DNA of 64,000 nt from Planktothrix pseudagardhii (GCF_904830925.1 NZ_LR882967.1:3682106-3746105), one strand, 5' to 3'. Positions 28,486 to 39,628 are shown, counted from the stretch's first letter. Notes: generated from the letters alone by a model not told the origin. Program-made: numbers and translations.

Positions 28486-31400
28486 TTGAAAAAGATAACT
28501 TATTTTAGTTTCGAGGATCAAATAATGTCTGAGCAGAGTTCGAGTTTAAATTCCATAATTTCTCCTGAAATTAAAAATGATGAATTTTATGATTATATTC
28601 AAAGAATTGCTCAAGAAGAAAATATAAAATATATTTTAGAAATCGGTTCATCATCGGGAGAAGGCAGCACAGAAGCCTTTGTTAAAGGAATTCGGAATAA
28701 CCCAAGCCGACCGAATTTATTTTGTATGGAAGTTTCTCAAATACGGTTTGAACAATTAAAGAATAGATATGAAAAAGACGAGTTTGTTAAATGTTATAAT
28801 GTATCTTCTGTTTCACTAGAGAAATTTCCTGATCAGACAGATGTTATTGAATTTTATAATCAACAACAATCTGGGTTAAATTATTATCCTTTAGAGCAAG
28901 TTTTGGGTTGGCTTCAACAAGATATCGAATATATTAAAGCTTCTCAGGTGGAAACGAATGGGATAGCAAAAATTAAACAAACTAATAATATTGATTTTTT
29001 TGATGTTGTTTTAATTGATGGTTCAGAATTTACAGGAGTTAGTGAATTACAAGAAGTATACGGTGCTAAATTAATTTTATTAGATGATATTAATACTTTT
29101 AAAAATTATACTAATTATCATAGGCTTCTTTCTGATCCCCAATATACATTAGTTAATCAAAATATTAACCTTCGTAATGGATACGCTATTTTTAGAAAAA
29201 ACACATTTTCTTTTGAAACTGAGCAATCTGAACAAAAGCTCGTTAAAAACCTAGTAACTTCAGGAATGACTGTTTTTGATGTTGGAGCTAATATTGGAGA
29301 TTATTCTATATTATTGAGTCAACTTGTAGGGAATTCAGGAAAAGTTTATTCATTTGAACCCACTTCTAACACTTTTCAAACCTTGCAAAACCGATTACAA
29401 GAAAATAAATGTGATAATGCTTCTGTTTACCAAAAAGTAATATTTTCTAATAATCAACCTATTGAGTTTAATGAATTTTCTGATGAATATTCAGTATGGA
29501 ATAGCATTGGATCTCCTCAAATGCCTGATCCCAATAAAAGTACAGAATATGTTCCTATTGTTAAAACAGAAATTTTAGAAGCTATTACTCTCGACTCTTT
29601 CTGTGAAGAAAATAATATCCAATCTATAGATTATTTAAAAATTGATGTAGAAGGTGCAGAAAGTGATGTTCTGCTGGGTGCTACTGAATTATTAAAAAAT
29701 CAGTCGATTCAATTTATCCAATTTGAAATTTCTCAAAAAATGCTCGAAGGATTAAATCGTAATGCTCAAACAACTTTTGATCTGTTGATTCAAAATGGTT
29801 ACGAGTGTCATCGCATCCAAGTCAACGGGGATATTGGTGAACAGGTTACTGGCTCTAACTCTTTCTATGAAAATTATATTGCTTTCCCACAACTACCGAT
29901 TCATTTCTTTACCATTGTTCTAAATGGGCAACCGTTTATCCGATACCATATTGATATTTTTAATAAATTAAGTTGTCAATGGCACTGGCATATTATTGAA
30001 GGAGTTGCTGACTTAAAACATGATACTTCTTGGAGCTTAAAACTGGGAGGTAAACTAACAGATCAGTTTCATGATCATGGACGAAGTAAAGATGGAACGT
30101 CAGAGTATTTAGATCAACTCGCTCAACAATATCCAGAAAATATCACGATTTACCGCCAACCTAAAGATATTGTTTGGGATGGCAAGCGAGAAATGGTGAA
30201 TGCTCCTCTTTCTAATATCCAAGAAGAATGTTTATTGTGGCAAATTGATGTAGATGAACTCTGGACAGTAGAACAAATCCATGCCGCTCGTCAAACCTTT
30301 GTTAATCATCCTGAAAAAACCGCAGCGTTTTACTGGTGTTGGTATTTTGTGGGAGAAAATTTACTGATCAGCACTCGTAATTGCTATACACAAAATCCTC
30401 AACAAGATTGGTTAAGAACTTGGCGATTTAAACCAGGAATGGTTTGGGCTGCCCATGAACCGCCGATTTTAGTAGAAACTTTACCCGATGGTCAACAGCA
30501 AAATGTAGCAGGTATTAATCCCTTTTTACATCATGAAACTGAACAAAAAGGCTTAGTCTTTCAACATTTTGCCTATATTATGCCAGAACAATTGCAATTT
30601 AAAGAAGAATATTATGGCTATCAAAATGCACTAGCACAATGGCAGAATTTACAATCCGCCACTCAATTTCCTGTATTTCTGCGGGAGTATTTTGCTTGGG
30701 TACAAGATCAAACTCAAGTCAATACTGCAACAGCCTATGGTATAACTCCGATTGTTTATAGAGACCGTCAGACAGAAACTTGGAAATTTCGGAAGCTTGA
30801 AGGTTCAAAAATTTTACCTTCACATTACGAACAATTATCACCTAAAATCTTGATTGATGGTGTGTTTTTCCAAATGTATAATACCGGAATTGCCCGGGTT
30901 TGGCGTTCCTTATTTGAGGAATGGGCCAATAACGGTTTTGGTCGTCATCTCGTAATTTTAGATCGCAACGGAACTATCCCCAAAATACCTGGGCTTTGGT
31001 ATCGGACAATCCCTGCTTATGACTATGCAAACACCGCTAATGATCGGCAAATTCTTCAGCAGGTTTGTGATGAAGAAGGAGCAGACTTATTTATCTCAAC
31101 TTACTACACGACTCCCATTTCAACCCCCTCAGTATTTATGGCTTATGACATGATTCCTGAAGTTTTGGGTGGAAATCTTAACGAGCCGATGTGGCGAGAA
31201 AAACATCATGGCATCCGTCATGGGTCAGCTTATATAGCGATTTCAGAAAATACAGCAACTGATTTGGTCAAATATTTTCCAGAGATTAATGCACCTGTAA
31301 CTGTTGCTTACTGCGGTATTTCAAGTCTTTTTTCTCCAGCAACAGCCGAAGAAATTCATCAATTTAAAATTAAGTATGGAATTCAAAAACCTTACTTTCT

Positions 31401-32325
31401 CCTAGTGGGAGCAGGCAGTAACTATAAAAATGCCATTTTATTTTTTCAAGCTTTTTCCCAACTCCAAAGTAAACAAGGCTTTGACATTGTGACAACAGGT
31501 AGTGGCTATCTACTGGCTGAAGAGTACCGAGCTTTTACTTCAGGTTGTGTTGTTCATCCCCTACAACTCTCCGATGATGAACTCAGACTCGCTTATTCAG
31601 GAGCAACGGCACTGGTTTACCCCTCCAAATACGAAGGGTTTGGAATGCCTGTAGCAGAAGCTTTAGCTTGCGGTTGTCCAGTAATTACTTGTCCCAATGC
31701 TTCACTTCCAGAAGTTGCTGGAGAAGCTGCAATTTACGTCAATGACGATGATATTAATGAACTCGCTAATGCTCTTTGTGAGGTGCAAAAACCCCTAGTT
31801 CGTCAGAAATTAATTCAGGCTGGGCTACAACAATCGAAAAAGTTTTCATGGTCAAATATGGGGAATGTTGTGAGTCAGGCGTTAATCAATGCAACGTTGC
31901 TGCGTTTACCCTTAAAAACAACAAATCTTATTATTTTTCCAGATTGGAATCAGCCTGAAGAAATACTATATGCTGAATTAGCAGATGTGATTCGAGAAAT
32001 TGCCTCTCATCCGAACAAGCATCAGATTACATTACTGATTGATCATCACCCTCTAACAGATGAAGAGGCGGATTTAACCTTATCTAGTGTGATTATGAAT
32101 CTACTGATGGAAGAAAATGTAGAGCTTGATGAAAGTTTAACTATTGCTTTCATCGGGAACATCAGTTCAGTCCAGTGGTCAGCTTTACATTCTCGTCTGC
32201 AAGGTCGAATTATCTTAGAACATGAAAATCAAGAAGCTTTGCTCCAAGTTCAGGGAGAAAAGCTCAGTTCTTATTCTTTAACCCAAGTCAGAAATTTATC
32301 CTTGCCATTGAAAACTGATGATTGA
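28486..32325 (+). CDS. giant multi-domain sugar-modifying enzyme: class I MTase + FkbM-family MTase + GT-A-like region + GT4 glycosyltransferase + conserved C-terminal domain
   Basis: 1279 aa; FkbM motif [12 protein letters not shown]; GT4 motif [18 protein letters not shown]; the C-terminal ~150 aa ([10 protein letters not shown]...) is homologous to the C-terminus of 34141-35133. Confidence 0.7.
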   Translation: MKKITYFSFEDQIMSEQSSSLNSIISPEIKNDEFYDYIQRIAQEENIKYILEIGSSSGEGSTEAFVKGIRNNPSRPNLFCMEVSQIRFEQLKNRYEKDEFVKCYNVSSVSLEKFPDQTDVIEFYNQQQSGLNYYPLEQVLGWLQQDIEYIKASQVETNGIAKIKQTNNIDFFDVVLIDGSEFTGVSELQEVYGAKLILLDDINTFKNYTNYHRLLSDPQYTLVNQNINLRNGYAIFRKNTFSFETEQSEQKLVKNLVTSGMTVFDVGANIGDYSILLSQLVGNSGKVYSFEPTSNTFQTLQNRLQENKCDNASVYQKVIFSNNQPIEFNEFSDEYSVWNSIGSPQMPDPNKSTEYVPIVKTEILEAITLDSFCEENNIQSIDYLKIDVEGAESDVLLGATELLKNQSIQFIQFEISQKMLEGLNRNAQTTFDLLIQNGYECHRIQVNGDIGEQVTGSNSFYENYIAFPQLPIHFFTIVLNGQPFIRYHIDIFNKLSCQWHWHIIEGVADLKHDTSWSLKLGGKLTDQFHDHGRSKDGTSEYLDQLAQQYPENITIYRQPKDIVWDGKREMVNAPLSNIQEECLLWQIDVDELWTVEQIHAARQTFVNHPEKTAAFYWCWYFVGENLLISTRNCYTQNPQQDWLRTWRFKPGMVWAAHEPPILVETLPDGQQQNVAGINPFLHHETEQKGLVFQHFAYIMPEQLQFKEEYYGYQNALAQWQNLQSATQFPVFLREYFAWVQDQTQVNTATAYGITPIVYRDRQTETWKFRKLEGSKILPSHYEQLSPKILIDGVFFQMYNTGIARVWRSLFEEWANNGFGRHLVILDRNGTIPKIPGLWYRTIPAYDYANTANDRQILQQVCDEEGADLFISTYYTTPISTPSVFMAYDMIPEVLGGNLNEPMWREKHHGIRHGSAYIAISENTATDLVKYFPEINAPVTVAYCGISSLFSPATAEEIHQFKIKYGIQKPYFLLVGAGSNYKNAILFFQAFSQLQSKQGFDIVTTGSGYLLAEEYRAFTSGCVVHPLQLSDDELRLAYSGATALVYPSKYEGFGMPVAEALACGCPVITCPNASLPEVAGEAAIYVNDDDINELANALCEVQKPLVRQKLIQAGLQQSKKFSWSNMGNVVSQALINATLLRLPLKTTNLIIFPDWNQPEEILYAELADVIREIASHPNKHQITLLIDHHPLTDEEADLTLSSVIMNLLMEENVELDESLTIAFIGNISSVQWSALHSRLQGRIILEHENQEALLQVQGEKLSSYSLTQVRNLSLPLKTDD

Positions 32326-32873
32326 TCATAATCAACCTTAAAATTTATTCATCAATGAGGAGTTTTCTGATGAACATCAATCAACACTTGATTTTAAAGC
32401 GACCTGTATTTTTTTACCTTTATGAAGACAGCTTTTCCCATTTAAGTATTTGTTTAGCAGAAGGATTTAAAGAACTAGGAATACCTTTTTATTCTAATAT
32501 TAATTATTGGAAACTTTCTGAGCATCCTGATGAATATTTGTTTGAGCATAACCCTGAGATCACTGCTGATGACTGCTCTATTGTTGTCTTAGATACAAAA
32601 TGGCTCAATAGTAAAGGTGATTTTCCTGAAAACTTTTTTCAGCCAGGTAGACAATACATAACAGTTTACCTAGATGAGATGGATGGTTTAACCATTTGGA
32701 ATCCACCATTAGAACAGTTTGACCTACGATTTAGAACTCACTATAATCAAAGGTCAAAACATCCTGAAAACTGCGTTTCTTGGGTTTTTGGTTTGTCAAA
32801 CCGCATCATTGAACAAACTCAAGACTACCCTCAATTTCAAGAACGACAGTCTTCTAAGCTGTTAAGCATCTAA
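32322..32873 (+). CDS. hypothetical protein; possibly the N-terminal part of a glycosyltransferase gene interrupted by IS630
   Basis: 183 aa; start overlaps the upstream stop (ATGA); ends 7 bp before the IS630 left end. Confidence 0.4.
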   Translation: MIIINLKIYSSMRSFLMNINQHLILKRPVFFYLYEDSFSHLSICLAEGFKELGIPFYSNINYWKLSEHPDEYLFEHNPEITADDCSIVVLDTKWLNSKGDFPENFFQPGRQYITVYLDEMDGLTIWNPPLEQFDLRFRTHYNQRSKHPENCVSWVFGLSNRIIEQTQDYPQFQERQSSKLLSI

Positions 32874-32879
32874 ATAGGG

Positions 32880-34130
32880 TATAATGAAAAACCAAGTTTA
32901 GAAAAATCAATCAAAAGATGCCTGCTAAAAATCATTTAAATGAAAAGCAAGTAGAGAAACTACAGAAAAGATTGAAAGAGGAAGAAAATGGACAAATCCG
33001 AGAAAGAATCTTGATTTTATTATTGCTAAATGATGGTAAAAAGCAAAGTGAAATTGCCAAGTTTTTGGGCTGCTCATTAAACAAAGTATGTTATTGGTGT
33101 GTACATGGAGACCCTGACAAATTAGAAAGCCTAAAAGATGAAAGAATGAAAGGAAATTATAGAAAAGCCACAGACAAATATATAGAGATATTATTAGAAA
33201 CAGTAGAAAAAGAACCGGAAGAATTAGGATATGAATTTGGGAGATGGACAGGAGAAAGATTGGCAACTTATTTAGAACAAATCACAGGAATCAAATTAAG
33301 TAGTTCACAAGTGAGAAAGATATTAAAGGAAAAAAAGTATGTTTATTTGTGGGCAAAGTATAGCTTAGAAGAGAAAAGAGATCCAGAAAAAAGAAAATTA
33401 TTTAAAGATAAAATAGAAGAATATTTGAAAATAGCAAAAGAAAGTCCAGAACAATTACAGGTATGGTTTTGGGATGAAAGTGGATTTAATTTAAGAGTGA
33501 TAAAAAGAAAGAATTGGTGTAAAAAAGGGAAGAGGAAACAGATTAGAGGAGACAGGAGGAAAGGAAGAGTTAATGTGATGGGAGGATTGAGGTACTCGGA
33601 TAAAAAAAGATTTGTAGAATTTCTGGATAAAGGAAATGCAGATAATTTTTATCAAGTGTTAAAAAGTTTTTATCAAGAGCTAATTTATGAATGGGTATTA
33701 GCGGGAAATCAAGCAGAAGAATTTGTAGAAAAAGGAGCTAAGATCCTGATTATTCTTGACAATGCAAGTTTTCACAAAAAAGAAGAGTACCTAGAAAAAA
33801 TTAAAGCAGAAATGCCGAATGTCTATTTAGAATTTCTTCCAGCATATAGTCCAGATTATAATTTAATTGAATTAGTCTGGCATTCAGCTAAAGAATATAT
33901 AGCTCATCGACTCTTTAAATCAGTTGATGAGCTAGAGTGTTTATTACATCAGCTTTTAAATGAAGGACAGTTATCTATTAAATGGGGACGTAAACTTAAA
34001 AACAAAGGTAATGCTATAATCACAGTTTAAATACACAACAGCTTATCATCTTTAACTTTAGAGTAGAGCAAGATCAGATAATAACAACGAGAAGTTGGTT
34101 CAAATTTGAAGCTGGGTTTTCATTTTTAAA
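32880..34130 (+). mobile_element. IS630-family insertion sequence (~1.25 kb); ends approximate
   Basis: single DDE transposase ORF; imperfect terminal inverted repeats ATAATGAAAAACC / GGGTTTTCATTTTT; TA dinucleotides at both flanks consistent with IS630 TA target duplication. Confidence 0.65.
32918..34030 (+). CDS. IS630/Tc1-mariner family DDE transposase
   Basis: 370 aa; N-terminal HTH (KQSEIAKFLGCSLNKV); DDE region WFWDESGF...ILDNASFHK...YSPDYNLIE. Confidence 0.85.
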   Translation: MPAKNHLNEKQVEKLQKRLKEEENGQIRERILILLLLNDGKKQSEIAKFLGCSLNKVCYWCVHGDPDKLESLKDERMKGNYRKATDKYIEILLETVEKEPEELGYEFGRWTGERLATYLEQITGIKLSSSQVRKILKEKKYVYLWAKYSLEEKRDPEKRKLFKDKIEEYLKIAKESPEQLQVWFWDESGFNLRVIKRKNWCKKGKRKQIRGDRRKGRVNVMGGLRYSDKKRFVEFLDKGNADNFYQVLKSFYQELIYEWVLAGNQAEEFVEKGAKILIILDNASFHKKEEYLEKIKAEMPNVYLEFLPAYSPDYNLIELVWHSAKEYIAHRLFKSVDELECLLHQLLNEGQLSIKWGRKLKNKGNAIITV

Positions 34131-34140
34131 TAGCGGATTA

Positions 34141-35133
34141 TTGGTTTTTGAAAATCCCGTCCGACGGATCTCAAAACAACAGATTCTTCCTCTCTTTCAA
34201 GGAATTCTTAATATTGATGATCGGATTGATCAATTTGATCAACCGCCTTCTGATAGCTACCATGCCTTGCAGTGGGAACAAACAGGAAAAAGGCATCATC
34301 CTCAATATTACAAGCGATTAAAAGAATCAGTGGCTTGTGCTGGTTTTGCAGGCTGTGTTATTCCCTATAATAACTCAGGAGAATTCTTAGTAGAATGGTG
34401 GGATAGTTGGAGATTTTGGGAATCTTTGGCTGCTGGATGTGTTACTTTCCATGTAGACTTTGATAAATATGGTATTGATCTGCCTGTGATCCCCGAAAAT
34501 TGGCGACATTATATTGGGATTGATTTAGAACATCCACAAGACACGATTGATCGAATTATCAGTGAACCCAATATTTTAGAGCAAATTTCTACTGAAGGAC
34601 GCCAGTGGGCTATCAATCATTACAGCCCAGTTCCGACAGCATTACGATTTTTAGAAACGATTTCTGCATATCAAAACGCCAAAAATGGTTTTTTTGAAAC
34701 TTCTCAGCAGTCCTTAGAGCAAACGATTAATTTACCTTTAAGGAAAATTAATCTTGTTATTTTCCCCGATTGGTCTCAACCTGAACTCTCTTTAAGTTTA
34801 GAGCTAAAACCGATACTTCAAACCCTCGCCAATCACCCGGATGCTCTGGACATCACATTATTACTGGATAATCGAAATAAAACGGATGAAGAAGCTAATT
34901 TAATTTTATCGAGTGTGGTAATGGATCTTTTAATGGAGGGGGAAGTTTCTCTTGGATCGGAACACTTAGAAATTACGTTGATTGGTCAAGGAAATTCTAA
35001 CCAATGGCCAGTTTTACTTCCTAGACTTTTGGGTCGGATTCAATTAGAAAATGAAGACCAAACAGCGATCGCAGAAAGTAAAGCTGACCAACTCCCCTGC
35101 TATTCTCTGGATTGTTTAAACTGGCAATTTTAG
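34141..35133 (+). pseudogene. C-terminal fragment of a glycosyltransferase (GT1 C-terminal-like) carrying the shared ~150-aa C-terminal domain; no ATG for >250 codons
   Basis: ORF opens at TTG immediately after the IS630 right end; RFWESLAAGCVTF resembles the Glyco_trans_1_2 motif; the C-terminus aligns with the C-terminus of 28486-32325. Confidence 0.45.
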
Positions 35134-35168
35134 ATGAATAGATCTAAGTATAGCAGGGTTTTTGTCCA

Positions 35169-37424
35169 CTAATGGCTGTCTAAATATCGTTGCCACATTT
35201 GTTCATAAGCTTTTTCCATTTCAAGTGTAAATTGTTTAGCATTCCACAAAGGTGCAGTTTGCCGATTTTTTTTCAATTTCCAGGAAATATTTTGCCGCAA
35301 ATGTTCATCAGTTCCTAACTTAATACCCCAATCTAAATATTCTTCATCTGTCCAGGCAATCCCTTCGGTAATCCCGGCATTGATCATCATTCCGTAGCTA
35401 TTGCGACTCGAAAACTGTTCACCCACTCGTGCAACTAAAGGAATTCCCATCCACAAGGTTTCCATTGTTGTTGTTGCACCATTATAAGGATAAGTATCCA
35501 AGACAACATCTACAATACCTAAATTAGCACGATGGATTTCTTCTGTTGCCACTCCGGGTAAAAATCGCAAGCGATCTGGATTCACACCTTCCTGTTCTGC
35601 AATATCAATGAAGAATCTGTTTAATGATTCCTCAGAGCCCCAACCTTTAATAATAAAGTAGCTATTGGGTACTTCCTTAATAATTTTCATGTGTAAATGT
35701 GCGGTTTGAGGATTATGTTTAAATCCCCGTTGACCACTATAAAAAACCACTGCATCCGTTGGAATATTTAATTGATCCCGTCTCAGAGTAGGAACCCCTA
35801 CATCAAATCCATCAATAGCAATATAGGTTTGAGGAAGACGCCAAATTGTTTCTTGATAGTATTCCTGTGCAGACTCTGGTAAAACATAAGGATCAGCAAT
35901 AAAATAATCTATAGCAGGTACTCCTGATGCGTCCCAACCCAGCCAAGTCACTTGAATGGGAGCAGGCTTGAGAGACATAAATCCACACGTGCTATTTAAG
36001 GTGATACTATCAAGATCAACTAAAATATCAATCTCATCTTTATAGATTTGTTCTGCAACTTCTAAACCTCCTAGTCCTACTTTATACGCCTTTGAAACCT
36101 GATTAATATACCAACCTTCTAAGGAATCCGATGTTTCTTTTGGCCCAATAATATAAGCATAAAGCTCAAAATTTTCTCGATTATGATATTGAAATAATCC
36201 TCGTGCTAACCAGCCAACCGAATGTTTTCTTAAGCAATGGGAAATATATCCAATTTTTAGCTTTTTAGATGCGTGTTGTCGAGAAGTTGATCTGACTCCC
36301 TGACGATATCGCTCCACTTCTTCAGCGCAGTCAATTTCAATATTAGTTTGGCAGAATCGTGACAAACGGTTACGAAGTTGGGCATTTTCTTTAGGCTTAT
36401 CCTGAATATAATTGAAAAAGAATGTTGCATTATATAAACGAAGAATGTGAGCACCTGAACCCAGATTAGTTGGATATTCTTCAAGTAACTTTTCAATGAG
36501 ATGTTTATGCTCTTTAATTCTTGAAGCTGCTTCCTCCCAATAGCCACCTGCACTCATCAAGCCTCGTAAAATCATGTGATTATCAAAGATTTTTTCGGGC
36601 AAGTGCGTAACTAAAGAATAAGCTAATTTAGCGGATTCAATTGCTTTAGTATGTTCACTAATCTCTGCATAGAATGAAGAAATAGCTCGTAAAAGTTCAG
36701 GTTCTAAGGGAGCAATGCGTAATCCTAACTCAATAAACTTAATTGCCCATCTTTGTTGACCCCTAAGATAGGCTGTGTCATAAACAAATTTGAGCAAAAT
36801 CGGAATTAAATCATTGGGGTTGGGGATATGGGCTAAACAAGCCTCAGTCAATGTTAATGTTGCCGGATGTAGAGGAATATAATCGAGAATTTTAGGCAAT
36901 AGTTCAAGTAACTGCTGAGTATCTACTTCACTCGCTGGTTCTTCATTTAAAAGATCAATCAACCCTAAAGAAGTTAGTTCTTCGCCAACATCCATCTTCA
37001 AATGAATCGAAAGTTCAATCAGATGAAAGAGATTGATAATATCGGAAGGGTTAAGCTCTCGAATATGTTGCCGAATTGCCCAAGCTACAGAATAGTCCTC
37101 TAAGGTTTCTCTTCGTTGTGCTTCATTCTCTAAAACTTGATTTAATTCAACTGTCCAAATTTCTATATCTTCTGCTTCTCCATCTCCCATCCCGATCAGC
37201 CAAGTGGTTTGAGCTTCGGTTTCTTGTCCCTGTAACAGAAAAACTAAACCTAGATACCAATAGTTAGTTTTAATGTCAGGTTCTGTAGTAATCTTCTGTT
37301 CATAGAAATTAGCTGCTTTACTATAATCTCCCTTGACCAGAGATTCATAGCCTAAATTTTTAACCCTGAAACTTTCCACGTTGCACTCTTCTAACATAAG
37401 CCCATTGTAATGCGAAAATTTCAA
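35169..37424 (-). CDS. TPR + GT41 (O-GlcNAc-transferase-like) glycosyltransferase
   Basis: 751 aa; N-terminal TPR region; C-terminal GT41 halves (KIGYISHCLRKHSVGWL, APIQVTWLGWDASGVPAIDYF). Confidence 0.8.
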   Translation of the reverse strand: MKFSHYNGLMLEECNVESFRVKNLGYESLVKGDYSKAANFYEQKITTEPDIKTNYWYLGLVFLLQGQETEAQTTWLIGMGDGEAEDIEIWTVELNQVLENEAQRRETLEDYSVAWAIRQHIRELNPSDIINLFHLIELSIHLKMDVGEELTSLGLIDLLNEEPASEVDTQQLLELLPKILDYIPLHPATLTLTEACLAHIPNPNDLIPILLKFVYDTAYLRGQQRWAIKFIELGLRIAPLEPELLRAISSFYAEISEHTKAIESAKLAYSLVTHLPEKIFDNHMILRGLMSAGGYWEEAASRIKEHKHLIEKLLEEYPTNLGSGAHILRLYNATFFFNYIQDKPKENAQLRNRLSRFCQTNIEIDCAEEVERYRQGVRSTSRQHASKKLKIGYISHCLRKHSVGWLARGLFQYHNRENFELYAYIIGPKETSDSLEGWYINQVSKAYKVGLGGLEVAEQIYKDEIDILVDLDSITLNSTCGFMSLKPAPIQVTWLGWDASGVPAIDYFIADPYVLPESAQEYYQETIWRLPQTYIAIDGFDVGVPTLRRDQLNIPTDAVVFYSGQRGFKHNPQTAHLHMKIIKEVPNSYFIIKGWGSEESLNRFFIDIAEQEGVNPDRLRFLPGVATEEIHRANLGIVDVVLDTYPYNGATTTMETLWMGIPLVARVGEQFSSRNSYGMMINAGITEGIAWTDEEYLDWGIKLGTDEHLRQNISWKLKKNRQTAPLWNAKQFTLEMEKAYEQMWQRYLDSH

Positions 37425-37529
37425 AAAGATCGAGGAACAAAATAGGTAGCGTTTTTGACGCTACCTAATCTGAGTTGACGAATATAATGGTACTAAACAC
37501 CAGTTTTCAAACCATATTAGAGTTATCAA

Positions 37530-38032
37530 CTATTTAACAAATGTCCAGTTGATACCATCACAAATTGATACACTATCAAAGGCAGTAATAGAGGTTGTTT
37601 TACTTTCACACAACACCGTGCTAGTTGTATTCGCTTCACCAGCAGAAATCAAGAAGACTGAACCAGCATAGGCTTTCAGACCGCTAACGGGAGTGGCTTG
37701 AGCCGTTGCAGGGGCAGCAGTAGTGTTACTAACAGTGTAAGTGTAATTATTAGTTGCTGTTTTTAGACCTAAACCTAATTGATCAACACTGGTTCCAAAC
37801 TGGCTCGTTTCTGCATAAACAGCTTGCTGGCCTTTGTTAATCGAAGAAATGTATTGTTTTCCTTCAGATTGTTTAGCTTTGTTGGCTTGGCTGAGGAAGG
37901 AAGGCAGAGCGATCGCAGCCAAAATACCGATAATGATAATAACAACTAACAATTCAATTAAGGTGAAACCTTCTTCTTTTTTTCTATTAGCAACGTATTG
38001 CAGGAATTTTGCTTTAAATTCGGTCTTCATAG
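37530..38032 (-). CDS. pilA: type IV pilin (PilA-like) with Ser/Thr-rich C-terminal half
   Basis: class III signal GFTLIELLVVIIIIGILAAIALPSF; AAGAGGAGA RBS before the ATG at 38032 (ORF track opens further upstream at 38090); two C-terminal Cys for the disulfide loop. Confidence 0.75.
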
Positions 38033-38133
38033 GTTTTTCTCCTCTTGGGGGGATGTTTAACTTTTTATCTGGTAGTTCTAACTTACCCACTCTCTCAACC
38101 TTTCATATCACCCCTACAAAAATTTTTTTTATT

Positions 38134-39456
38134 TCACCCGGAATGCTCCAGAAGCAAATACAGAAAGGCATCCAGGGTGATAAGGACTTCTTTGATCTGT
38201 TGCAGTGCCCTCTGGACAGTAATCGGTTCTAGGGTAATAGGATCAATAGGATAAATTTGTTGCCACCGTTCTGCCAGAGAGATTACCGTTTGTTCTCCAT
38301 CCCATAACGGCAGTAAACAGGCGGCTCGACTGCTTTCAAGGGTGATGGGTATGCGAGTGGGTAGCTTCACATATTGGCTAATTTCATAAGGTCTATGGGT
38401 CTGAATACATTCAATTAAGTCTGCTTTAGCTTGAGTCATTCTGAGTTGGGGATGTAAATGAACCCGTGCCGTTTGCCAATCAACTTCAGCCCATTCAGAC
38501 ACCGGGAGAATCAATTCTTGCTCACAATGACCACACCAAAAATCTAATAACCGATGCACGGGGTTAATTAACTCAAATAAATGTAGCTGTTCCTCGATAG
38601 AAATTTCGGATAAACTCAAGGCTAGAAACGCAGGTAAGTTATCAGGATCTTTAAATAAATCTAGTAACTGCCATTGTCGCCATTTTACCATACTGATCAA
38701 TTGTAAATCAGTTGCCTTCAAAACCGCAAAAACCTCTGGGATTGTATAGCCTTTATCCCCTTGAAGTAAATAATTAACCAGCAACCATTCGTCATTTTTA
38801 TAATCTGGACTATTCCAAGTTTGTGTCTTGAGTACCACTTCATCTTTGATGGATTCTATTGTTTCTCTAGCGATCTCAACCTTCAATTCTTGAGAAGTTT
38901 CATCCATGACTCCCATGAGTTTAAACAGAGATTGCGCCCTAAAATAACCGACCCTTTGATATAAACTATGTACATTAGCCCGAATAATACCTTGGGGTTT
39001 TAAAACTTGTTTGATCCCTTGCATTGCATTGAATAAATTTGGGCATAGATAAAGCACCTCATCTGCATTAATATAATCAAACTCATACCCAATTTCTGGT
39101 AAGTTTTCTATCGGTAAAACATAAAATTCTGTATTATCAAACCCATGAAATTTTAAACGTTGACGAGCCAGTTCAATAGATTGTTCAGAAATATCAATCC
39201 CTACAATTTTAGCCCCTGGATTGGCTTCTGCTAACATTAAGGATTTATATCCGCTTCCACAGCCTGCATCTAAAATAACTTTTCCTTCTGTATTAATAAC
39301 TTTCTGATATTTTAAATAATAAGGCGTGACTAAATTGTGGATAAATAGCAACTCATAATCGGTTTTAGGGGAGTGTTCTAAGGGAATTCTAGGATAGGGG
39401 GCTGAGTCAAACTGTTGACGAATTTTTTCTAATAATTTTGGATCTTGGTTTTGCAT
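38134..39456 (-). CDS. class I SAM-dependent methyltransferase with a large C-terminal extension
   Basis: 440 aa; motif I ILDAGCGSGYKS; co-directional and immediately upstream of the pilin gene. Confidence 0.7.
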   Translation of the reverse strand: MQNQDPKLLEKIRQQFDSAPYPRIPLEHSPKTDYELLFIHNLVTPYYLKYQKVINTEGKVILDAGCGSGYKSLMLAEANPGAKIVGIDISEQSIELARQRLKFHGFDNTEFYVLPIENLPEIGYEFDYINADEVLYLCPNLFNAMQGIKQVLKPQGIIRANVHSLYQRVGYFRAQSLFKLMGVMDETSQELKVEIARETIESIKDEVVLKTQTWNSPDYKNDEWLLVNYLLQGDKGYTIPEVFAVLKATDLQLISMVKWRQWQLLDLFKDPDNLPAFLALSLSEISIEEQLHLFELINPVHRLLDFWCGHCEQELILPVSEWAEVDWQTARVHLHPQLRMTQAKADLIECIQTHRPYEISQYVKLPTRIPITLESSRAACLLPLWDGEQTVISLAERWQQIYPIDPITLEPITVQRALQQIKEVLITLDAFLYLLLEHSG

Positions 39457-39628
39457 TGGTATTTCTCAAGTAAACTATGAATTGGCGATCGCACAAAACC
39501 CAAGACACCGAGTTTCTCACCCAGATTTTAGTAATTCTATCCAGATTTTTTGTTGAGAAACCGGGTTTCTGCCTAGTTGCGATGCCGACAGGCGGCGGCT
39601 ACGCCATCGCACCCTCACCCTTTATAAA

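Noticed and set aside
32925-33266. ORF 32925-33266(-) antisense to the IS630 transposase
   Set aside because: Shadow ORF produced by the Lys/Glu-rich, AG-rich coding strand of the transposase.
36257-38254. ORFs 36257-36553(-), 37076-37267(+), 37834-38232(+) and 38045-38254(+)
   Set aside because: Embedded in or antisense to the TPR-GT41 gene, the pilin gene and the MTase gene.
39583-39625. Local GC-rich patch (cgatgccgacaggcggcggctacgccatcgcaccctcaccc) considered as a tRNA or ncRNA
   Set aside because: No cloverleaf could be built by eye (no acceptor/T-arm pairing or GTTC motif); it more likely forms a simple hairpin in the 5' region of the 39629 ORF.
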